A stretch of 64,000 nucleotides of DNA, taken from Candidatus Diapherotrites archaeon CG08_land_8_20_14_0_20_30_16 (GTDB taxonomy: Archaea; Iainarchaeota; Iainarchaeia; Iainarchaeales; 0-14-0-20-30-16). Positions 29,070 to 37,393 of the stretch are shown here, piece after piece. The position numbers were made by a program, and so were the translations under genes. Positions within the stretch are counted from its first letter, which is position 1, and each line of letters begins with the position of its first letter. The stretch spans positions 38,933 through 102,932 of the forward strand of contig PEXK01000050.1 of the NCBI GenBank assembly GCA_002779075.1, given 5' to 3'. The notes under the pieces are model-generated. The model did no database searches and was not told the DNA's origin. It worked only from the letters and a program-made list of their open reading frames with translations.

Positions 29070-29228
29070 GCCAAGGTAGCTCAGTTGGTTTAGAGCGCCA
29101 GACTCATAATATTTATTATGGAAATTATGAGTGATGAAACCTTTGCATTGATTTGTAAAGGTTAATGATTATATAGATTTCTCATATGGGAAATCTGGAG
29201 GTCGCGGGTTCAAGTCCCGCCTTTGGCA
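29070..29228 (+). tRNA. tRNA-Met/Ile2 (anticodon CAU) with an 84-nt intron at canonical position 37/38
   Basis: The acceptor stem is GCCAAGG/CTTTGGC. The D arm is GCTC-AGTTGGTTTA-GAGC. The anticodon stem is CCAGA/TCTGG and the loop is CTCATAA. The T arm is GCGGG-TTCAAGT-CCCGC with discriminator A and no encoded CCA. The intron spans 29109-29192. Intron bases 29126-29132 (TTATGAG) pair with the anticodon loop. It is not an initiator type (G1-C72, no 3 G-C in the anticodon stem). Confidence 0.8.
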
Positions 29229-29341
29229 TTTAAATGGCTCACGAAGTGAGAGCTTTAAATGTGTGTGTTTGAGATTTTGTGAAAATCTTAAACTCCGCAT
29301 TTTTAAAAAATACTTTCAAAATAAGACTTTAATAACAATAG

Positions 29342-29779
29342 TTATTTGTCTTTTAAGATAAAAATATATTTTTCTTTCTGAAGAATAAACAGCTCTTTTG
29401 CATCTTTTTTATACATATTACACGAATCATTATAATCTATTCGTCCTTTGTAATTGTAGCCTTCACTTTCAAATTGAGAATGCATTTGCAATGCTATTGT
29501 ACCTGCAGATATTTGGTCTCCAGAATCTATAATTAACAATTTTTTTGAATCAAACCAAATCAAACCATATTTGTCAGATATTGTGTTTGAATATTCAACA
29601 GGAATATTTGCTTTTGTATAGGCATCAAATATTTGATTGAAAGAATCAAATGATTTGTCTTGCAAAACGTCAAAATAAATAATTGTTTTTTTCTGAGTTT
29701 CAATACTGCTATCTGCTTTTGCAAATTCTTGTGCGATAGTATCGTCCGAAACAGTAGATTGAAGACAACCAGAAAACAA
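29342..29779 (-). CDS. Hypothetical protein, possible lipoprotein
   Basis: The ORF is 145 aa and starts MFSGC. The upstream sequence in another frame encodes a signal-peptide-like MLKWGFVLLLSFFIL. Confidence 0.3.
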   Translation of the reverse strand: MFSGCLQSTVSDDTIAQEFAKADSSIETQKKTIIYFDVLQDKSFDSFNQIFDAYTKANIPVEYSNTISDKYGLIWFDSKKLLIIDSGDQISAGTIALQMHSQFESEGYNYKGRIDYNDSCNMYKKDAKELFILQKEKYIFILKDK

Positions 29780-29892
29780 AACTTAAAATAAAAAAAGACA
29801 GCAAAAGGACAAATCCCCATTTGAGCATAAAATCACCTATAAAATAACTAAGTAATCTTTAAATATCTTTTCATTATATTGGGTGATCTTTA

Positions 29893-30426
29893 ATGATATT
29901 TAAATGCTTTTTTAGTATAATGGTTCTCGTTCTTTTTATTTCGTTTAATATTGTAGTGTTAACTGCTAATGTAAATGGCGAGGATCAAAACGTTATATGC
30001 AAATCAGAAGATATAATAAACCAAGAAATTAGTGCATGTAAAGAGAAAAACGGAACTTATGATATTTCCTATGATTCTTATAAATGTAAAATAATTAATT
30101 GTAAAATACTGGCTACTCCTGTGCCAGTTACCCCTAGTTGTCCTAGCGAAGATGCAAAAACAGAAATAATAAAAAAATGTGAATCAGCAAACATGAGTTA
30201 CAAATTATATAAAGATAATTATGGTTGTGAACAAATCAATTGTGTTCAAACAACAACATGTCCTGATGTTTCATCATCAATTGCCAAATGTAAAGAAAGT
30301 GGATTAGATTATAAAGTTGGTTATGATGATAAACAATGTCAAATAATTAGTTGTATTGAAAAACCTATTTGCCAAACAAGTGATACTATTAACGCAAAGA
30401 TAAATGATTGTGTAAAAATGGTATGA
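29893..30426 (+). CDS. Secreted cysteine-rich repeat protein (3.5 repeats of ~35 aa, 4 Cys each)
   Basis: The signal peptide is MIFKCFFSIMVLVLFISFNIVVLTA. The repeats follow C-x10-C-x16-C-x4-C. The TGA stop is followed in frame by a 49-codon T/P-rich segment that ends in a PGFF motif. Confidence 0.55.
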   Translation: MIFKCFFSIMVLVLFISFNIVVLTANVNGEDQNVICKSEDIINQEISACKEKNGTYDISYDSYKCKIINCKILATPVPVTPSCPSEDAKTEIIKKCESANMSYKLYKDNYGCEQINCVQTTTCPDVSSSIAKCKESGLDYKVGYDDKQCQIISCIEKPICQTSDTINAKINDCVKMV

Positions 30427-30596
30427 GCTATTGCAACAGCATATACTACAACCCCACAGGAGGATGTACAAACAACTAATCCTCAAGTGTCAGAGCCTAC
30501 AAAACCAGAGAACACAAATGCAACTCCTGGATTCTTCGGAAAAATAAGAAATTTCTTTGTAAGCCTGTTTAGTTAGGATTTTTCCTAACTTCTTTT

Positions 30597-31448
30597 TTAT
30601 TTTTTTACAAATCCCTGCACACAAGAATTGTTGTCTTGTACAGAAAATAAATTCTTAAAATCAAATCTATCTAGCCTTTTTATCATATCTTTTGGATTTA
30701 TTTTTTTAGAATGGAAAACCAGAATATTTTTAGACCAAGCTTCAATTTGCGAATCTTCTTTATTATATTTCCATTCCAAAAGCTCACATTTAGGTATTGA
30801 TTTTCTAACAAATTCATTGAAGATTTTGTTTTTTGAAAATCTTTGTAAAATCGTTTGAATATTTTTATCAATTTGAAAACCAATAATTAAAAAATCTCCT
30901 TTTGAAATTAGCCTATCAAATATATTAAAGATTTTATTTTCTTTAAAATTTCCAATTGTGTTTCCTAACATAATATGTACTTTGGGTTTATTTGTTACTT
31001 TAATGTACTCTGGTTTTACATCCTGAAACAAACCAGCTATTCCTAAGAAATTTATTTCATATTTCTTGTTTTCTAAATCCAAATTGTGTAGGGATTGAAC
31101 AAAACCATCTATAAACTGCTTTTGAACATCAATTCCAATAATATCTACTTTCTTTTTTTCTTTGAGTACATTGTTAACTAGAACTAATTCAGTATCGCCA
31201 GTACCTAAACCATAAAAAACCATTGTTTTATCTTTCAGGTACTTGTTTATTTTGAGTTTATTTTCAACTAATAAAACCAATTCTGAATAAATTGTAAAAT
31301 AAGGGTTCGAATATGCAGTTAATTGATACCATAAACTAGGATTGCTAAACCAGTGTTCACTATTAATGTATCCTTTCCTTACATCATCATACAGCATATC
31401 TTTCAACTGTAAATTACTCGTTATCTGAATTATTTTTGAATTTAACAT
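30597..31448 (-). CDS. SAM-dependent methyltransferase (EgtD / Methyltransf_33-like)
   Basis: Motif I is MVFYGLGTGDTELVL. The C-terminal block is IMLGNTIGNF, which resembles FLGSSIGNF of EgtD-type enzymes. Confidence 0.5.
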   Translation of the reverse strand: MLNSKIIQITSNLQLKDMLYDDVRKGYINSEHWFSNPSLWYQLTAYSNPYFTIYSELVLLVENKLKINKYLKDKTMVFYGLGTGDTELVLVNNVLKEKKKVDIIGIDVQKQFIDGFVQSLHNLDLENKKYEINFLGIAGLFQDVKPEYIKVTNKPKVHIMLGNTIGNFKENKIFNIFDRLISKGDFLIIGFQIDKNIQTILQRFSKNKIFNEFVRKSIPKCELLEWKYNKEDSQIEAWSKNILVFHSKKINPKDMIKRLDRFDFKNLFSVQDNNSCVQGFVKK

Positions 31449-31455
31449 TTAATCA

Positions 31456-32526
31456 CTATCTTGTTGCGATATACCCGCTAACTGTTTGTAGTAATTCTTT
31501 TGCTTTTTTATTGGTTTCAAAATGTTTTCTTACTGGATCAATTAATTGATCAACATACTTAGCAGTTGTTTGTTTTAAATCCATAGGGTGTAGTTTTCCG
31601 GCAACAAATGTTTTTTCTAATTCCTTATAAGAATCAAATGAAACATTACCCCCAAATTTTTCTGGTCTTTCAACATCAAATGTTTTGTACTTTTCAAATA
31701 TTATGTATTTACAATATTCCAAAATAGGATTATCTTCTACTTGTTTTTCAGGGCAATATGCTTTGTTAAATTTATTAATAATATCTTTTTGAGTATCTGT
31801 CATAAATATCGCAGAATCAGGATTTGATTTAGACATTTTTATCGTAATTACTCTATCAACACCTTGTACTTCTGTTTTTGGGGGGTTTAAACCCATTAAC
31901 ATATGATGACTCACAACAACTGGTGGTTTGAAATTCATTTTTGGTGCAATTTCTCTAACCAGCATATTTACTTTTCTTTGATCCATTCCTAATTGTGTAA
32001 TATCTACTTTCAATTGAAAAACATCTGATGCTTGCATACATGGATAAAATACTTGTGCTGCAGATAAAGTTTCTTGTTCACTTCTCCCCATTATTTGTGC
32101 ACATCTAATAATTCTTGGCACAGTTGTATTTGTTCCAATTTTAATTGTTCTAAGCCAATAATCTTGATCCATATTTTTTGAGGCCCATAAAAATTCAACA
32201 TTTTTCAAATTCATTCCACAAGCTTTCCAAACTTCAATAAAATAATTCCCCACAGTTTGGATTTTTTCTAAATCTCTACCCAATTTATTGTTCATTAAAG
32301 CGAACCAATCAGCTACCCAGAATTTAAAATGAATTCCTGTACTTGTTAATTTGTTTACATTTACTGCTCTCAATAATCCTTGGGCAATATGTATTTTTCC
32401 AGATGGTTCAAAACCATCATATGCTATTGGGTGTTCTTTTGTTTCAAACAATTGCCTTAATTCTGGTTCTGTAATAATCTCTTCTCCCACCTGCTTAACT
32501 AAATTTACTTTCTGTTCAATATCCAT
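31456..32526 (-). CDS. tyrS: Tyrosyl-tRNA synthetase (archaeal type)
   Basis: GFEPSGKIHIAQGL is the HIGH-like motif and KMSKS is present. The C-terminus RPEKFGGNVSFDSYKELEKTFVAGKLHPMDLK matches archaeal TyrRS. Confidence 0.8.
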   Translation of the reverse strand: MDIEQKVNLVKQVGEEIITEPELRQLFETKEHPIAYDGFEPSGKIHIAQGLLRAVNVNKLTSTGIHFKFWVADWFALMNNKLGRDLEKIQTVGNYFIEVWKACGMNLKNVEFLWASKNMDQDYWLRTIKIGTNTTVPRIIRCAQIMGRSEQETLSAAQVFYPCMQASDVFQLKVDITQLGMDQRKVNMLVREIAPKMNFKPPVVVSHHMLMGLNPPKTEVQGVDRVITIKMSKSNPDSAIFMTDTQKDIINKFNKAYCPEKQVEDNPILEYCKYIIFEKYKTFDVERPEKFGGNVSFDSYKELEKTFVAGKLHPMDLKQTTAKYVDQLIDPVRKHFETNKKAKELLQTVSGYIATR

Positions 32527-32596
32527 TATATCACCAATTAACTGTAATTATATAGATATAGGGAAAACTTTTAAAAGCTTGTAACCTACTTAATAT

Positions 32597-33022
32597 ATGG
32601 AAATATCCACTTTATTAATTGTACTTATTGTATGCATTTTTGCCTTATTTCTAGGTCTAATTATAGGCTATTTGCTTCTGAAAAGAAGCTTTGACAAAAA
32701 ACTAGACCTAATATTAAAAACTGAAAGAGAAGATGCAATTAAAAGATCAAGATCTTCTCTTACTGGGCTGTTTAGTGAGCAATTAAGCCCTTATTTTCCT
32801 GACTTCCCTTATAGTCCAACAGAATGTAAGTTTTTGGGCAAGCCTGTTGATTTTGTTATATTCAAAGGTGCTGATGAAAACAATATTAAAGAGGTTGTTT
32901 TTTTGGAGATAAAAAGTGGAGAAAGCAAATTAAATAAACAGGAAAAGAATCTCAAAGAAACTATTCTAAACAAAAAAGTAAAATGGGATGAATATAAGGT
33001 TCAAAACAACCAAACCAGATAA
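32597..33022 (+). CDS. Membrane-anchored PD-(D/E)xK nuclease-fold protein (secreted endonuclease related to archaeal Hjc, COG4741-like)
   Basis: An N-terminal TM helix is followed by the core PVDFVIFKGADEN...VVFLEIKSGESKL (D ... E-x-K). Confidence 0.45.
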   Translation: MEISTLLIVLIVCIFALFLGLIIGYLLLKRSFDKKLDLILKTEREDAIKRSRSSLTGLFSEQLSPYFPDFPYSPTECKFLGKPVDFVIFKGADENNIKEVVFLEIKSGESKLNKQEKNLKETILNKKVKWDEYKVQNNQTR

Positions 33023-33838
33023 TTAAATTAAGAAACCCAAATTAACAAACTCCAATAAAATAAAGCTTGCAATAATCCCTAATGCAATAAATGGACCAAA
33101 TACTGGCAGGTTTCTGTAAACAAAAAGCTTTGCATTTTTAGGCAGTAGTTTTTTTAATTGTAAGTATTGCTTCTGCTCTAAAGGATACATCTCTATTGCA
33201 CTTATTTTTCCTACTTTCACATATTTATTACTCAACGATTTCATATCTACTAAATCATCATTTAATAATTTTGCAATTGATATTTCTTTTTTATAAAATT
33301 TTTGCATAATTGTATCTTTCAATAATAAAGAGGTAAATGCAAAAAATGAAAACACGAAAATTATTAGGGCTAGATACCAAAGACTAAATATCAAAAACAA
33401 ACCGCCCAATATTAATGCTAAAACAAAAGAAATAATTGTTGAATACCAGACCTCTTTTGTTGGCCTTCTCAATAACAAAACTAAATAGTAAAGGCCATAA
33501 AATAAAATTGCTAAAAGCGAACTAAGAACCAAAACAATTAACAAAAATGGCATATTATTGTAAAATGGAAAATATAAAGCTAAACCGCTAAAGAATTTAA
33601 TGTCTCCGCCACCTATTTTCCCAAATCTATAAAATATGTATCCTATTCCAAAAACAATAACAAATTGAACAAATGCCCACAATACATTTGGTGAAAAGAA
33701 AGCCAAAATTGCCCCTATAACTATAAAAGGCCAGTTTAACCAGTCATAAATGTATCCTTTCTTATAATCAGTATATGCAGCAATCAATGCGCTAATAATT
33801 ACAATTGCTATTTTAATTTCGATTAACATAAACATCAA
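33023..33838 (-). CDS. Type IV prepilin/preflagellin peptidase (A24 family, FlaK/PibD-like)
   Basis: It is a polytopic membrane protein. The first catalytic Asp is near the N-terminus (YTDYKKGYIYD). The second sits in GKIGGGDIKFFSGLALYF, which matches the GGGDVKL-type motif. Confidence 0.65.
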   Translation of the reverse strand: MMFMLIEIKIAIVIISALIAAYTDYKKGYIYDWLNWPFIVIGAILAFFSPNVLWAFVQFVIVFGIGYIFYRFGKIGGGDIKFFSGLALYFPFYNNMPFLLIVLVLSSLLAILFYGLYYLVLLLRRPTKEVWYSTIISFVLALILGGLFLIFSLWYLALIIFVFSFFAFTSLLLKDTIMQKFYKKEISIAKLLNDDLVDMKSLSNKYVKVGKISAIEMYPLEQKQYLQLKKLLPKNAKLFVYRNLPVFGPFIALGIIASFILLEFVNLGFLI

Positions 33839-33847
33839 TACAATAAT

Positions 33848-35179
33848 TTACTTTATCTTAAACTTCCTCTTCATCTTTTTCTGCATTTGTTTTTGCACAA
33901 CTTTCTGCAGGTCTTCTTGCTTTAAGTCTTCTGGATTCTTGCCCTTCATCTTTTCAAAGGTCTCTTTCATCATATTGTACTGTTTTATTAATAAACGTAC
34001 ATCCTCGAGCTTTGTGCCAGAACCTTTTGCAATTCTTTGCATTCTACTAGTGTTCAAACAATCAGGGTGGTTTTTCTCATAAGGCGTCATTGAATCAATC
34101 ATTACACTAAAGCCTTTTATTTTGCCTTCTGCTAAACCAGCAGCATCATCAGGAATTGCTTTGCCAAAACCCAACATTTTGGCAATTTTTGTTATACCGC
34201 CCATTTTGTTTGCAATTTTTAATTGCTTTTTGTAAACATTAAAATTAAATTCTTCAATATCTTCAGGATTCATTTCTGCTTCCTGAACCTTGTCTAACAA
34301 GCCTTGTAAATCAGGATAACCCATTATTTGAGACAAATACCTTGTTGAATCAAATTGTTGTAAATCTTCAATCTTTTCGCCATTACCAATAAAAAAAACA
34401 GGGCATTTCAAATAAGCGCAAGCAGCTAATGCACCACCACCTTTAGCGGAACCATCCATTTTTGTTATTATAATTCCATTTAATCCTACAATTTCATTAA
34501 ACTCTTTTGCCTGCTTTAATGCAATTTGACCAATATCTGCAGACAAAACCAAAAAAGACATATCTGGTTTTAACTCCTCCTTTATCTGCTTTAGTTCCTT
34601 TGATAATTCACTATTCAATGCGTCTCTACCAGCACTATCAACAATTATTATATCTCTATCTTTAAAATGTTGCCTGCCTAGTTTTACTGTTTCTTGCGCA
34701 CTTTTTGAAACATTACCAAAGACCTCAAAATCTTTTGCATATTGCTTCAATTGTTCATATGCTGCCATTCTATAAGTATCTGCGCAAATAATTCCTAAAC
34801 TTAGCTTTTTTCTTTTATAATAATTAGCAATCTTGCCTGTTGTTGTTGTTTTTCCAGAACCAAACAAGCCACATAATAAAATTCTGTGTGGAATTTTGTT
34901 AAAATCTACAGGCAAACCAAAGAAACTAGCTAAAAGATCATAAATCCTTTTAATCAAATATTCTTTAGCTTCAACACCTTCAGGGAACTTTTCTCCTTTA
35001 AGCTCTTTAATCTTTTTGGACAGTTCAAAAACCAGAGATATTTCAACATCTGCAATTATTAAGGCCTTTTGTATTTCTTTAGCAGTTTCATCTATAACCT
35101 CAGAAGTAACAAAATGCCTCTCGCCAAGCTTATCAAAGATTTCCCTTAATTTATCGCCAAACATATTCATAAAAATCAC
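33848..35179 (-). CDS. srp54: Signal recognition particle protein SRP54
   Basis: The GTPase motifs are LCGLFGSGKTTTTGKIA, DTYRMAAYEQL, VDSAGR and ITKMDG. The C-terminal M domain is Met-rich. Confidence 0.9.
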   Translation of the reverse strand: MIFMNMFGDKLREIFDKLGERHFVTSEVIDETAKEIQKALIIADVEISLVFELSKKIKELKGEKFPEGVEAKEYLIKRIYDLLASFFGLPVDFNKIPHRILLCGLFGSGKTTTTGKIANYYKRKKLSLGIICADTYRMAAYEQLKQYAKDFEVFGNVSKSAQETVKLGRQHFKDRDIIIVDSAGRDALNSELSKELKQIKEELKPDMSFLVLSADIGQIALKQAKEFNEIVGLNGIIITKMDGSAKGGGALAACAYLKCPVFFIGNGEKIEDLQQFDSTRYLSQIMGYPDLQGLLDKVQEAEMNPEDIEEFNFNVYKKQLKIANKMGGITKIAKMLGFGKAIPDDAAGLAEGKIKGFSVMIDSMTPYEKNHPDCLNTSRMQRIAKGSGTKLEDVRLLIKQYNMMKETFEKMKGKNPEDLKQEDLQKVVQKQMQKKMKRKFKIK

Positions 35180-36204
35180 AATAATTTTCTTAATCTATCT
35201 TCTAATTCTTTCTTATCTGGCAAATATAACTTATATTTAGAAATAAATAATTTATTTGATATGCTACCTAAAGCAAATTCAACTAGAACATCATCTTTTT
35301 CTGCAGATAAAATAATACCTATTGGTTCATTATCATCAGATACATTCTCTTCCTTTTTAAAATAATTTAAGTACATATTCATTTGACCAACATCTAAATG
35401 ATCTGCTTTGCCTATTTTCAAATCAATCAACACAAAACATTTTAAGATTCTGTGGTAAAAAACCAAATCAATGTAAAAATGGTCGTTGTTCAATGTTATC
35501 CTGTATTGTCTACCAATAAAAGTAAACCCTTTTCCTAATTCTAATAAAAACATTTGTAAATTATCTATAATTTTCTGTTCTAATTCTTTTTCGGAAAAAG
35601 CATAATCTTCTGAAATTTTTAAAAACTCTAAAACATGTGGATCTCTAATTATATCTTCTGGTTTTTGTAAAATCAACCCTTGTCTAGACAAATCTAAAAC
35701 ACCTTGTTTGTCTTTGCTCAATGCAATTCTGTGAAATAATGCAGAATTAATCTGCCTTTTTAATTCCCTAACAGACCAATTTTCATTTATACTTTGTTTT
35801 TCATAAAAACTTCTTGCTAAATCATCATCTATTATTAAAAGCTCAACATAATGACTCCAAGTCAATTTAGCAGACAGCGTCTGCCATTTTGGATACTTTA
35901 TGTAGAATGTGCGAATATTCAACAAATTCCTTCTACTAAACCCTTTACCATATTTCTCTTTTAAATCTCTAGACAATGTGTCCAACAAATTACTGCCATA
36001 TTCTGCTTTTTCATTGCCTTTCTGTTCATATTCTACTATCTTCTTACCTATTTCCCAATAGGTATTAACTAAAGCAATATTTACTTCGTAAAATGCCTTT
36101 TTTCTAGCAAAATCTAAAAGATTGCCTATGTTTATAATTAAAGAACTATAATTCGAATTTCTATTTGCTACCCCTTCTGATTTATCTATTAAATCTGTAT
36201 TCAT
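35176..36204 (-). CDS. DUF1016 / YhcG-family PD-(D/E)xK nuclease
   Basis: The N-terminal region is DUF1016-like. The C-terminal core is FYIDLVFYHRILKCFVLIDLKIGK (D ... D-L-K). It overlaps the srp54 start by 4 nt. Confidence 0.55.
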   Translation of the reverse strand: MNTDLIDKSEGVANRNSNYSSLIINIGNLLDFARKKAFYEVNIALVNTYWEIGKKIVEYEQKGNEKAEYGSNLLDTLSRDLKEKYGKGFSRRNLLNIRTFYIKYPKWQTLSAKLTWSHYVELLIIDDDLARSFYEKQSINENWSVRELKRQINSALFHRIALSKDKQGVLDLSRQGLILQKPEDIIRDPHVLEFLKISEDYAFSEKELEQKIIDNLQMFLLELGKGFTFIGRQYRITLNNDHFYIDLVFYHRILKCFVLIDLKIGKADHLDVGQMNMYLNYFKKEENVSDDNEPIGIILSAEKDDVLVEFALGSISNKLFISKYKLYLPDKKELEDRLRKLL

Positions 36205-36240
36205 ATTATATATATTAAGGAAAAAGCATTTAAATTGGGC

Positions 36241-36540
36241 TTAAAGAAAAACAGCAAATATCAAAACCAATAAAAATGCTACGGATAAAACAAGCCCAAT
36301 AATCGATAATGTTGTTCTTTTTTTAAACAACTGAATAACACAAAAAATAACACTAAAAATAGTTAAAATCAAGCTTAAGAAATTAAAAATTATGAACAAA
36401 TCCACAAAAGAACCAAAATCCTTTACAGCATTAGGTAAAAAGAACCAAGGTACAAACATACTAATTATTGCAATAATAATAAATACAAATCCAATAACCC
36501 CTATTGTTCCAAATTTTTGTTCTTTAAACTTATTTTCCAC
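36241..36540 (-). CDS. Small membrane protein (2 TM helices)
   Basis: The ORF is 99 aa and hydrophobic. Confidence 0.3.
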   Translation of the reverse strand: MENKFKEQKFGTIGVIGFVFIIIAIISMFVPWFFLPNAVKDFGSFVDLFIIFNFLSLILTIFSVIFCVIQLFKKRTTLSIIGLVLSVAFLLVLIFAVFL

Positions 36541-36589
36541 AAATTACAAACAGCATAAAGCTTTATATTTCTTATTCTTTCTTTGTATT

Positions 36590-37393
36590 ATGCAACAAGT
36601 AACTAAAGCATCAGGAAATATAGAACCCTTCAATTCTGATAAGATTTATTACTCTATTTTGAGTGCTGGGGCTTCAAAATCATTAGCAATTGAAACCATC
36701 AATATAGTAAAGAAAAAATACTATAAAGGAATTTCAACACAAGAAATCTTGGATGTCGTATTAAAGAATTTGAAAAAAGAAAAAGGTGTTGCACAAAGAT
36801 ATGATTTGAAAAGAGCAATAATGAATTTAGGGCCATCTGGTTTTCCTTTTGAAGAATATTTTGCAAGAATATTAAATAATTATGATTATAATACCAAAGT
36901 AAATAATTATATCAAAGGAAAAAGAATTACACATGAAATTGATATTGTTGCAAAAAAACACAATTTATCGTATATGATTGAATGCAAATACCACAACGAA
37001 GCAGGGATACAAACAAAATTGCATGTTGCAATGTACACTTATGCAAGATTTTTAGATGTTAGCAAATTTGATGTTCCTTGGTTAGCAACAAATACTAAAT
37101 GCGTAAACGAAGCAGAAGAATACGCTAAAGGGATTAACCTAAAAATAACTTCCTGGAATTATCCTAAAAGAGAATCTTTAAGAGATCTAATTGAAAAAAA
37201 GGATCTGTATCCAATAACCAGCATAAAATACATTGATGAAAAAATAAAAGAAAAATTATTTTCTGCAAATATTGTTCTGGCAAAGGATTTGTTAGGCTAC
37301 ACAACAAAAGAATTAGTTTTACAAACTGGTTTAAAGGAAAAAGAAATAAATACTATACTAAATGAAGTAAAAGAGATTTGTGGAATTAAGTAA
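36590..37393 (+). CDS. ATP-cone domain fused to Mrr-like restriction-endonuclease fold, with C-terminal HhH-like segment
   Basis: The ATP-cone is GNIEPFNSDKIYYSILSAGAS...VAQRYDLKRAI. The Mrr_cat-like core is GKRITHEIDIVAKK...YMIECKYH. I placed the start at the internal MQQVTKA (36590) to avoid overlap with the opposite-strand ORF. Confidence 0.55.
   Translation: MQQVTKASGNIEPFNSDKIYYSILSAGASKSLAIETINIVKKKYYKGISTQEILDVVLKNLKKEKGVAQRYDLKRAIMNLGPSGFPFEEYFARILNNYDYNTKVNNYIKGKRITHEIDIVAKKHNLSYMIECKYHNEAGIQTKLHVAMYTYARFLDVSKFDVPWLATNTKCVNEAEEYAKGINLKITSWNYPKRESLRDLIEKKDLYPITSIKYIDEKIKEKLFSANIVLAKDLLGYTTKELVLQTGLKEKEINTILNEVKEICGIK

Noticed and set aside
28889-29074. A 61-aa minus-strand ORF overlapping the palindrome cluster and the tRNA-Met 5' end
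   Set aside because: It lies entirely within repeats and regulatory DNA and overlaps a tRNA. It is likely spurious.
29109-29192. A complete C/D box sRNA embedded in the tRNA-Met intron
   Set aside because: There is a perfect C box, GUGAUGA, but I could find no convincing D box (CUGA) or C'/D' pair. It is mentioned only as a possibility.
29070-29228. Initiator tRNA-Met assignment
   Set aside because: The tRNA has G1-C72 rather than A1-U72. Its anticodon stem CCAGA/TCTGG lacks the three consecutive G-C pairs seen in archaeal initiators. An elongator Met or Ile2 (CAU) is more likely.
30424-30426. Genome-wide TGA recoding (Sec, Gly or Trp) to explain the in-frame TGAs at 30424 and 39272
   Set aside because: TGA is a normal stop for other genes (8500-8502 ends the PUA protein and 12226-12228 ends the wHTH protein, each with the next gene starting immediately). 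The YhhQ gene also carries an in-frame TAG. A local nonsense mutation or error is more likely.
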